Assembly (NCBI RefSeq): GCF_964204645.1
Contig: NC_134031.1
Location: 18,669,910 to 18,733,909, forward strand
From: Tubulanus polymorphus
Lineage: Eukaryota; Animalia; Nemertea
DNA: 64,000 bases
Reading direction: 5' to 3'
The stretch's first letter is position 1. Every line of letters starts with the position of its first letter. The notes under the pieces are model-generated. The model was not told the origin of the DNA. It did no database searches and worked only from the letters and a program-made list of their open reading frames with translations. A program made the position numbers and the translations under genes. Below are positions 41,986 through 54,400 of the stretch, piece by piece.

Positions 41986-42230
41986 CATGCTGCTCCACAG
42001 TTCTGGGTTTCATCTTTCTCCGGATCCAGTTTCACAGTTGTTTGGGTCGCCATGCTGCTCCACAGTTCTGGGTTTCATCTTTCTCCGGATCCAGTTTCAC
42101 AGTTGTGTGGGTCGCCATGCTGCTCCACAGTTCTGGGTTTCATCTTTCTCCGGATCCAGTTTCACAGTTGTGTGGGTCGCCATGCTGCTCCACAGTTCTG
42201 GGTTTCATCTTTCTCCGGATCCAGTTCCAC
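41986..42230. repeat. 65-bp tandem repeat, ~3.8 copies, downstream of the DCX-EMAP stop codon
   Basis: catgctgctccacagttctgggtttcatctttctccggatccagtttcacagttgtgtgggtcgc at 41986, 42051, 42116 and 42181. Confidence 0.93.
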
Positions 42231-42435
42231 GAGTCTGCAATCATCACAAACTCATTCAACTCTGCATTCCAATCCTGTACTGTGGAGCTGGATCCTGCGG
42301 ACAGTTGAGCCATGCAGGTTTTATAGACTGGGCGTGAAAATAGATACACCACAAGGAAACGCTTTTCACTTCGCAGTAGAGCAAAGCTGACGTCATAAGT
42401 CCAGCAGCGAGATCATGATTTGACTCTCGGAGATT

Positions 42436-45400
42436 TTAGGAACGTTTCGTCTCAATCAGCGCCCATTGCATAATGGCGTCATCCATACCTCCGGTAGAAA
42501 TCAGAAAACTGTCATCAAACATGAATCGAACTGTAGTTATATGATTCGTGTACGCTTTCACTTCAGTATAGTCCGCCTATAGAAACAAATACAACTGATC
42601 GAAATGAATAGATAATCATATATAGATATTATGATATATATAATGATATATATGATAATTATACTATAAATAAATATATAATTCACATTTTATTTTCACA
42701 TTAAATAGAATTGTCATCTACAGCCCGGTCCTTACCCTATGAGTTGAACAGGGGTATTTGTAAAGTCGTATTCGTCCCCTATTTTCTCCTACAGCTAAAA
42801 TATCCCTGAAGTTCGATCGACTGACACAATTGATGTCATCTCCTTTATCGAGGTTCGACCAAGCACCTATAAAAACAATCAGCAAACGAAAAACAATTAG
42901 TAGAATTACCCGTACATTCCGACGCGGACGATAGATCATAAGTTTAGAAAACCTCTACGTATAAGTTTTGAAAAGATTAAAAGCGAATTTTATTCATCAA
43001 GAATAAAAATCAAAAGTCACTTTCGATCTCTCACTATAGATCATCGTCAGGTGTGATTTGACGGTGTGACCCAAACCTGACGATGACCTCTAGTAGAGAG
43101 TTCGAAACGTCGTGTATTTTATTTTTGATTTTTAGTTTTTTAAATAAAATTCGCTTTTAATCTTTTAAATTCTGTATATAGTGGGTTTAAACTTATTATT
43201 AATTCTCCACGTCAGACTATATAGACTAATTGAATAATTTAGTATACGATCATATCCCATTGCATCGAACATTCAGGACCCAGTTAAGATTAGTTCATTT
43301 CTGAATATTCAACACTGTCGTCAAATCTTAACGGAAAACCATGGAACTACTTCCATCCTGGTCATGAAGTCAGCTCGACTTATACGAACCTAAAGTACAG
43401 AAACCCAGAGTACAGGTTTGCGTAAACCAATCAGTATCACAGAACTTTGTGGAATTCTTTTCCCTTTGCATCATATCCGCGTTCCCTAGAAAACCATAGC
43501 AAGAAAATTGGTTTTACTCTTCTTCAGAACGATGAGACAGGAAAAATATAAAAAGTCTTCAAAATTAGATTTCAATTTCCCTCACAAAATATGTAGCAGC
43601 ATAAAAATCTAAATCATTGATAAACTCATAAACGATGAATCAACTTTTGAAAATAAATGTTTCTTTGATATTTACTTACAATATTTAAGGTCGTAATCAC
43701 CAGACATCGACTGTAGGTAGTGACCATCGCTTGACCAATCAATTTGCGTCAAAAAGTTGCGATGCCCCTGCAAAAAAACAAACATCTGCGTATTTCTAAA
43801 CCATTCTCAGTCACAAGAACAAAAATTATGTCCGCCCCAAATTAAAACCATTTCAATACTTTTTAAACGCTTAAGTTTATTTTCGAATATCGTAAAAATA
43901 CTGAATGAGGTATCTGCTCAATGAGATGTTTCGAACTCCATTTTTTCTTACTCGGCGATTTTGTTTATACAATCGTTACAACACAGAGAGTTTCATCAAT
44001 GGCTATCGGAAAACCTAATTTATTTCATCATTCGATAGATCTTTAATCATACGATTTCATTCTGTTTCTTCGATAGATTTCTTGTAATTTACCTTAACAT
44101 CTAGAATTCATCATACACTAGCAGTGAAAGCTCGAACTTCAAATAAATCTAATCAACCTTTAAAGTACTGTTTGCTTTTTAAATTTTCTGATTCGACACG
44201 CGGCTCCTACACAGCAGCAGTAATTTACCTGTAATTTGCCAGTTTGTACTCGTCTGATGCACTGACCGTCGTCCAATATCGTGAATATATAGATATCCGT
44301 ATCATGTGACCCGACTGCCAAATAATTGCCGGCCGGCGAAAACGAGACTACCCCCAGCTGTAACTCGCGCTCATTGGTTACTTGTAACGAGGCTATATGC
44401 TGACCGTTGGTCGCGTCCAGTAGAACCAGACGTCCGGCTGTGGTTCCTACCGCTATCAACTGACCATTAGAATCTATCGCTACTGATAAACAAGGTCTCT
44501 ATAACGAAATAAAAAGAAAAGAATCTATGATAGGAAAACATCGTACTATATTTTTCGATGAAGCGGGTGGATAAGGCGTGGATGTTGTTGCAATCAGTGA
44601 CAAGCGGCTTTGAGTTTGTGAAACAGAATCTAATTATTGAATTAACTGAAAACCCGAATTAAGCATTAATAATCAGCTAATTCAAATCAAAAATTAACCC
44701 CATTTGTTAAACTGGTAGCTTACAGTGTACACTTCAAAGGCCGTGGTTCCGTCGTGAGGTTAAAAATCGAATATGGTAACTCTCGGGAAACTAACATCCG
44801 AACGTCATTTGTTTGTTTGGCTTTACGTTCAGATCTTGGTTTTCCCAAGACGTCATAAAAGCATTCGGATAGTTTTCACTTAGAAAAATCTACGATAAAC
44901 GACTTACATCTACAGTTGTACGCCAGATAATCTTATGATTCAGTGTCGACCACTTGATGACTTGCATATCGTAACCGGCCGTATAGAAACAGTGTTCGGC
45001 TGGGTGAGTTGTCTGAGCCCATAGCTCGTCGTAATGTCCCTAAAGAAATAGTTTCAAAAAATATTTCAACTGCAACTAAAGACGTATAGAGAATCTCGCA
45101 CATTATAACGAGAAGGATTAAGTCCGAAAACTTTTTTATTTAAGCTAATAACTTGTTGATTCGACATATCGCCTATAACCTTATAGCGATCTTCACGAAT
45201 ACTAAAGATAACTATAAAAACTAATGACGTGAAGTGAAAATCTTTGGTGATTCCATAAAAGCTGCTCAAGTCATCATAGTCATTATAGTGAATACCTTTG
45301 ACTTCAAAAAGGATATATCATTTTCATTGATAATTTTACCTGAATAACGGTGTTGAATTTCTCCTGTAACGAACCCTCTAGTACACAATTTCTAGTCGTA

Positions 45401-48400
45401 CCGATATACAGCAAACCGTCGGTACCTTCATAATTAGCACCGACTATAGTTCGTGGATATCCGTAACTATCCGGAATCTATCATTAAAAATACAAAAACA
45501 AAGACTTAATCAATGATCTTTTGAAAATGATTTTTCCTACGTATTCTTTCATTTTGTTAAATATCAATATGTACATGTAATTCATGAAAATTTCAACAAA
45601 TATCATCGAATTCCCTATTCACCATATGGGTGTTCTATATATAGATATAACATTTTTAAGAACGAATTAGTATTATTATTAGTTACCATGCGTTCTTTGA
45701 CAATTTTGTATTGATTGACGCTGTCCCAGGCTCGAATCTCGTTCCCTCCTCCCGAGAGGAGAGTGCCATCGGGTAACATAGTCAGAACTAGCACCGTTTT
45801 CTATACGAAAAAAAAAAATTATTAAACACTTTTATGAAATAAATAATAATTTTTCCATTTATTCAGTTCGCATTTTTGTATATTATCTCCTAGGAAATAA
45901 TTTCCCTCGGTCGTCGACTGCACAAAACAGTTTCAAACTCTCAGTCTCCAGAACTTAATTCATTCCGAGCCTTCTCGGGAACCGTCAAACCGAGTAAGAT
46001 ACCACGACGACCATGATTGGGTTCGGACCTCAGATTTTATCTGAATTTCGTACAATTACCTGATGGGCGTGTTTGAGGTCGTAAGACAACATGTTATCCT
46101 TTATAAACGCGTCCATTGGATCTTTATTCCAGATGATAATGCTGCCGGTTGAATCTCCAGTGATGACGTCACCGTTTGATGAAAACGTTAACGATGTTAT
46201 AAATTTCGGCACTTCGTCCTGAAAACACAGTATCACACGGGTTTAAAGGACCTAGTTAGGGTTTCTCTCGTTTATTGAATAATCGCATTGTGCCTATCCA
46301 TATCGAAAGTAATTTGCAGGGTCGTATTGTGATATGATACATTCACGTAAATGTACCAGTCAAATCAGGTTCGAAACACCGACAATAGATTTTTATTTAT
46401 GATTTCAAAGCTTTGCATATCAATGATGCTGCAAGGCAGAAAACCCGTTATCGCTGCGTTGCAGCTATATTTCGAATTCTAAAAATTCAATTCATTCTAA
46501 ATAAATCTATGAAGTTGGATAGAAGTGTCTAGCCAAACCATCAGGGGAGTTACCGAAAAGTTGGTCAAAGTTAACTAATGGATGAATTGCTAATGTGTCG
46601 AAATGGTTGACCCTGACCACCTTTTAGCAACTAACCCCTGGTTAACAGATTTTCGTTGTTAAATCTTCATATTGTGAATCTTTTTATAAAAGGAACTCGT
46701 TCAACCTAGAATATCCCAAGACACAACTCACGTCGAAAATTCCGCTCTTTTTATCGCGTAGAATTCTGCCGGACTGATCGACACCGCGGTCCGATTCCCA
46801 AAATACTTTCCAGAATGAGATGTGTTGTTTACCGTACGTGACAATGATCGTATCGTCGTGAGGGTGAAATACAGCTCCGGTCACTGCCGAACTTGACGTC
46901 TACAAAAAAAAAAAACGACAACAGAATTGACTTCGCGTCGTAGAACAAATCATGGATCAATTGAAATACGGAATTCTACACCAGCATCCAGAATCCATAA
47001 TCCAGAATCCAGTTCCGCAGTTATGAGTAAGAAAAGTTGAAATCAGTTTGAGCTGAATACAATACCGTTGTTTTAGCGACCAGTCTCTCCGCCTCCCAAT
47101 CCCATAACGTCAGCACATGTTTATTACTCATATCTAACGCTAACAGATAATCACCATCCATCTGAAATATTCAATAGATAAATCTGTAATACTCAATATA
47201 TAAAAACTTAGAATATTTTGTACAACCATGACTGTACCCACAAATCCCAGTATGACATTATCAAATCGATTGATTCATCTAAACGCCTACTCGATGTTAT
47301 TTTTATGGAGGCCGCCATATTGATTTGGGAATTGGGATATATATCTGTACGGTTAATGTAAGGAAAGCATGTAATTGTACCTCGTGACTGAATCCTACAG
47401 ATCCAACTCCCTTCATAAAGACTCCTTCTCCAATTACATTAAATGTCTGTAAAGTTCTGTAATCCCAAATTCTCACATGCGCCTATAACACATACATAGA
47501 ATAATATAGAATTATGAAAGGTTTATTCAAAAAACGTATATTGAAGCCCTCATTTGAATTTTTGAATTCTACGAATGGCGGTTATATCGGTTATTGTTTT
47601 ACTCACTCGGTTCCCGGATGTTTTACCAGCTGACTGACCGGTTGCTACGTACGGCTGCGTGTCATGGATAGAAATACTAAAAATCAACAAACAAGAATTG
47701 ACATTTTAACTCCAGCGCCTAGTTCTCCTCCGTCGTTATAGATCTGTCTTAAAATTACTAAACTGTTCGGTGTAGGATGTATATAAACTGTGAGACTGAT
47801 TCGACAGATCGTTTCATGGCGGTTTCTATTAGACAAATACGACTGTCTATAACTCAATTTTGAAGAAATATCAAAATAGTGGTGACATTTCTAGCAACGT
47901 CATTCCTTTCATAGTTTTTCTTCACAACTGAGGGATTTTCTTCAATTCAGCTCTCTTTATCTTGGTTACAAAATAGGCAGATTTCTATTCAAAAATTCAT
48001 CGATTTGCTAAAAGTTTCTTGGAATATTTGAATACATTTGATCAGAGGTAAAATATTCTTACCAGAGAATCTCCTCGTTGTGTTCGGCGTAGTGTCTCTG
48101 TCTGTCCCGTTTTTTATCGTACACAACAGTAATGGCGGAAACTGTGTAAATCAATTCACCAGTTGGAAGCACGTGTAGATTATTGCGAGCATCTTTACCT
48201 CGATACCCGTATCTTCAGACCGGTTAAAGGAAATATCTGAATCCAGTGTGGCCCAAAAGTTCGTCGACGATAACCACCAGATAAATATCGCTGTAAAAAT
48301 TTGCCGTTTTAACTAAGTCATGGTGCTCCCTATAGACTGGTTAACTCTTAACCAACTTTTGAGTAATTGACCCCTGAGTCTTACTTCATGAATATGCAAA

Positions 48401-51400
48401 TTTCCGCATCTGTCATTGGTTGTAAATTTTGAAAAGGATACACCCAATCGAGACTTAGCATTCGATCCGGTCGCATTCCGTCGTCGTTACCGTCAGGTAT
48501 AGTCGGGGCATAGAATTCTGAAGATGAAAACAAATTTTCAAAAACTCACTTATTTCCTTTCGTATTTTGTAACACGAAAGACGCAAATGGTATAAATGCA
48601 CTAGCTATCCCGGTTATTGTTTTGATTGTAATACCCAGTCGCAGAAACCGATCCCCAGTTACTGACTAAAGCATTTACTGCTAAGAGTTTAATAGCCCAA
48701 AAGAAGCGCATTATACGACCACGACCATGTTTAGATATGTACATATATACCTGTCACCGATAAACATAATGTATTGTTAAAATACACGAAAAGAAATATT
48801 TCTCGCAATGACTTCAAATTCCTAGAAATTTTTATTCCAAAAACTGCCGCTGCACACACAAACACCTATTCTAAAAGACCTTGACTTAAAGATACGAAGT
48901 GTCCATTTTATCGTCTCCTAGATTTGAGAAATCTCAAGAACATAAGTAGTTAGTATATTCTAGGTTTCTAAAATTTAATCGCCATTTCGCTATGAGTTCT
49001 GGGTTGACTCTGATTCTATTCAAATTTTAAGATTCGAATCATGACCGACATCTAAGGCCCTTTTCGATTGTGCTCTTCCGTAAGATGTATTATCTATACT
49101 TTCTCGTTCGATTGCCGAATTTCTCCCACATTTTCCGTCTCTGCACGAATCGTCTAAAAATTTACAATTTAACAACTATTTGTAATTTTAATGTCGAACT
49201 CATTGTGGGAATCTACGTAAATTTTTTGTTTCATCGCGGATCTTGTGATCTTACCGATTCATTTTAAATAATCATAATAGTTAGAAGAATATTCCATCTT
49301 CCGGAAGACGACAATCGAAAAGTACCTTGGATATGCTACGACTAGGTCTGAACTTGAGACATAAGGCAAGAATCCACATTCATGTGATGGCTTCTAGGGA
49401 CAACTGATAAATTGGACACTTTTTGAGTAAAGCTTATGAAACCTTCGTGTACAATTTCGAATGATATATTATGACTAGGCGGTAAATGATGTATACTACA
49501 CGCACGGCGTCCTTTACAGAATCGATGCTCAGCCCTCCACTCAGGAGCTAATATCAAACAGAGAAGAAAAAAACAACAACATCATAAACAAAACAGAAAA
49601 AAAACACACGTAAATACAATCCCGTTATTGATGAATTATTCACAATCGGGTAGAGGTGAAGCTTTTTATAAGAAAGCGGAGGGGGTTGGGGGATAGAGGG
49701 AGGGGAGTGGGGAGTAATAGAATATTAACGTTCGTATCGAAGGAGGCAAGTCGATATTGTAACAATGTCGCGTGCCAAATATTCGAAACGCAGCTAGAAA
49801 ATTCATATCTTAGGAAAAATTTTTTTTCAGGCGCTACGAAATAGCTAGACGTACTCGCGTGCAGTAGCTTCAATCGGTGAATAATGTCTGTTTCGATAGG
49901 AAAATACTCGTCGCAACCAGAATCATAATTGAAAATCGTTTTGCACTCGGTAAAGTCGTAAAAGCCGTAATTAGGGGGTTTTCGATGAAGGTTTTATTCG
50001 TGCGCGACTCGTGTTAAAAACGATTTACGATATAACTGTAAGGTTGGGGATAATTTGCAATAATATCACGCTAGGAAGCTAGGTAATCAATTTGAACATT
50101 TCTCTTGTGAAGGGTTTTTGAAAATAATGCAGAAAAAGGGAATAAGCAATTTCTATGATAATTTTCATCGATGATAATTTTACGACAGAGAATGTGTAAT
50201 TATGAAGCGAAAATGGTAAACATAAAACCGACAATTAGAATAAAAAATAGTCGTATCCGAAACGTTGATTAAAATATCGGCCCATGAAAAAATTCGGAAC
50301 CTCTTTTTCTTTCTCATCGTGGGATTTTATATCATCGTTTCAGCACGGATTCAGAGTGTTACAGCACGGATTCACAGTGTTATAGCACGGATTCAGGGTG
50401 TTTCATCAAAGGTTACTTAAAAGGTTTTTAAAAATGTACGGTGCAGAAAAAAAGAATGAAAGTTTTTACCTCGTCTTTGTCCGTGTATGTCGACTCTAGC
50501 TACATTAAACCGTCTGTCATCACCAGCTTTGTTTGTCGTCGCGGGGGGTTGATTATACTGGTCTCCCTTGTATCGTCTGTTATCGATATGAAGCGGTTGT
50601 CGCGATGGTAGACGATGCGCCCCCTGGCGGGGAGTTTCTATAGGTAAACGTTGTGGATTATTGGCTGGATGGTACGGGTTGTGTTGGTGGTGTGGAAGTG
50701 GAGGGGGTGGAGGTCCGGTGGATGGTGGATGTGGACCTTGTGGAGCTTGTCGGTCGTGATTCAGCGGATATCTATCGGGGTTAGGTGAATGTTGTCTATA
50801 AGGGGGTGGTTCCTGGTTTTGTGTTTGAAGAGGTGGTGGCTGGTAGGTTCTAGCTGGTTCGTGATGGTTATTATATGGTGGAGTATGAACCCGCTGCTGC
50901 TGCTGCTGCTGCTGTTGCTGTGGTGCTGGTGCTGGTGGCTGTTGTACTACTGGTGGCGGTTGCTGCTGTTTTGGTGGTGGTGTCGGGTCATCACCTTCAA
51001 CGAAAAGTTGAAAATTAGTTTTTAATCCGTGGACCGTGAAATAGCACGTGAAAGTAGGAATCGCTAATACTCATTATACACCGATGCCGAACGTATTGAT
51101 AACAATACGTCATATTGGCCGTGAACAGTAACGTTTTACTACGTATCCATACGCATTTGACGGCCAATCGGCGGCGTGCAGTAACAACGTCATGTTCCTT
51201 ACTAGTACACAGTGTTGTGAGCTCTACGGAAATCAGTAAATTACGTGCCACGTCAGTTCACCCGTAAATGTTACGGCCCAATCATTGGCTTACCAGTCCA
51301 GGCTGGTTGGAAGATTATTTGAATGAACCGGAACTGACTTGGTCTCTGGACCCCAGATTAGGGTTGATTTGATTCTGGACAGAATCAAACCATAACCACA

Positions 51401-54400
51401 TTTCAATGGTCCAAACAGAGTGAGTGAGTGTTGAGAAATGTGTCAAAGTTTCTATTAGAATGTATCAAACTTACGCGGAGCCGCCACGACTGCGTCAGTC
51501 CTAGTCATCGGCTTCTTAATGCCTTTATCGGAATGACGCGGTTTTTGTTGTTGTTGTTGAGTTTGTGAAGATCGTTCGGAATCGTTTATATCGTCGAAAT
51601 CCTCGTCGTCGTCGCGTCTGTGCGGTTTGCGAGGTGTGTCCGGCTCGTCGTCCGAATCGCCACGGTTCTTCGCCTCGAACGGTCTCTCCTCATTCCCGCA
51701 CGCGATGAACGCGTCGTGATCCCGAAATTCACGGAATAACTGAGAATAGCCTTGTACCTGAAAACGTTATCGACAAGAGAATCTAGACCCACTTTTTAAA
51801 TTTAGAATAAAATTAAAATAGATTTAAAAACGAAATTCATTCATCAAGAATTGAAATCAAAAGTTTCGAACTCATTCGGGGGTTGACTCTGAAAGGAATC
51901 TGCCAAGGAATGCACCCTGGTATAATCTCATGAGGTTCGAAGTTGAGATGAAAATCACATAGTTATGATTATAAGTACCCGGTTTCACAGTTTGTGAGCT
52001 TAGATTTTTACTCAGAGTTAACTCATTGAAAATTAACTAATTCAACTATGAGTTGATGCTGCAACTCGCGACTGTGGAACTGGATCCAGAATATTATCAG
52101 CGTCACAAGCGACACAGTTCAATCAGAAACGTAGATAATAAAACCACTTTCAGAATGCTATACTCGGGGATTATTGAATTAACTGTCATTTCAGGCTTTT
52201 TTTAATGAATATCTGTCCTACCGCAAACAGTCATCGATTCATCGATATTTCAATTTTCTAAATCTATAACCTATTCAGCCGTTAATCGGCGAGTTGCAAC
52301 TCATCAAATAATTGGAAAAAAATTGCTTTCCCTGACAGAGCTTTCAGTGGAGCTCCTGTCACACGCGTATCTCAGTGATACGTGTGTTCATTATATCGAC
52401 TTGTCACCAGCAAATAGAATTCATTACCAGACGTCAACCGAATATAGAAATTATGTATTTTTATCTTGATGAATGATGATGATTCATTCAATATTCGCGC
52501 AGTATAGTCGACGACGGGTTTATTTTCATTTCGTGATTTTGCTATTTTCATATTTCAGACAAATAATCCGAAATCACAATTTTCCGTCAGTGCCCGGCGA
52601 ATCAGAGGTTGTTTCATAATACAAATGTTTTGATGGAGATGCGGACCGGTTGCTCGAAAGGTTTTTTGAGGTGGCTTTGAGTTTTAATTGTTTATCGTAT
52701 CGTATCGTTTTCGCAGTTGTCGATGAAAGCCATTTGACCCATGATTTGACTCCGGCCTCAATATTTCACTCTTTATTGCCAGGTGTAATAAATCTACTTT
52801 TTTCTATTTTAGATATAAGAACTCGAACGAAACAAAAATAGGTGAATCAAAAATTGAATTTTGTGCCAACTGTCAGATACTTTTTGAAAATGACAAACCT
52901 TATTGTTATTAGTTTTATTGAATTTCATATGAATAACTTACCTTTTTAAATGGAGGTCGTGCCGTATAGATTCGAGACACTGGCGGATATTCCAATTTGA
53001 GCATGTTCGTAAAGTCTTTCAGTAAATCCTCGAAACTCTGCGCAGTTTGCGGGTTCAATATCACCTTCTCCCGACTGTCTCTGTGCGTGTTACTGATAAT
53101 GGTGAATATGCGCGGTTTAAGGGTTAATGGCGTGTGAGACCCGCGGATGTGTTCGGGCGGGAGAACCGGGCTTGGACGCAGCAAAGCTTGCGGTTCGCCG
53201 CGTCTGAATTTACTCGCGGACGGACGCTTATTCTGCCAGAAATTCTCACGCGAATATCCGTACACGACTTTCGTATTGAGCTCCTTCACGCTGGACACGA
53301 CGTAGGAACGGCCGCCCTGAAACTCGCTGACATCTCGGATCTCGCGTCCGTCCGGTATTCCGAACACGTAGCGAACCCCGGTGGTGGTCGAGATTTTTTC
53401 ATTCAACCACATCAACAACGTTTCGAACGTCATGAAAATCTTTTGACTGATCGAAGTCGTCAGTCCTTTATAGTTCGGATCGCCATTTCGGAAAAACGTC
53501 ACCAACTTTCCCTTCTTGTCGACGTGTTTTCCGTGCAGTTTCTGGTCTATCGGATCGTCCGGGTAGATATATTCTTGTCGGTATTGTTTAGGTACCGGGG
53601 TATGTGAGTATCGACTGGGCATGGCGCCGCCGTGTGTTGTAGACGACGATGTAGTTGTAGACGCGTAGTCTCCGGTCAAATATCCGACGTCTTCCTCGTA
53701 GTCATCGTAACGACTGAAGTGACCTATAAATCTCTCTTTTCCGGGCCCCTGTTGAAAATGACACACGTAAATATACATTTCACATATTTCAATTCGTTTC
53801 GACTTGATCTCTATTTTCTGCCTGTCACATTGATACCAATGAACGATATATCGTATCCGACTTATGTATTGAGCTATCTAGTTCCACAGTTGTGAGTTAG
53901 AGCTAACTCTGAACCCAAGATCCAGTTCCACAACTACGTAACTCTGAACTCGGGCCATTTTCCGCGATTTTAAGTTAGATTTAGAGAGAACAAATTCATT
54001 TAATGATACGGTGAGTTTTCACAGTTGTAACTGATTTACGAATACTGAGTTCACTTAAAGCAAAATAGTTTTTTTAAAATGTCTTTTCTCTAGATAAGAA
54101 TAAACTCTAAATTGTGGAACTGGTTCCAAAACATTCGAAAATATGGAAACCCAGCAATTCGAAGAAACTAGAATAGAATAAGATATTTCTTCGAAACAAA
54201 AGTAAAAAACGCTACCAACTAGAAACAACACCAACAAGTAATATATAGCGCCTGAAGCTATAAAACAAATGTTAATGATTTTTCATCATGTAAATAATTA
54301 ATTTCCAATTGAAATATCATCCCGGGTATATTATTACGGGTAAGCGGCAATTCTAAATGAAAGATGTTTCCCATTACGAATTCATAAATTGCAACTAGTC

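Noticed and set aside
41987-42390. Three overlapping + strand ORFs
   Set aside because: Artefacts of the 65-bp tandem repeat cycling through reading frames.
50789-53895. + strand ORFs 50789-51025, 53134-53607, 53632-53895
   Set aside because: Antisense to DCX-EMAP coding exons; no independent gene signals.
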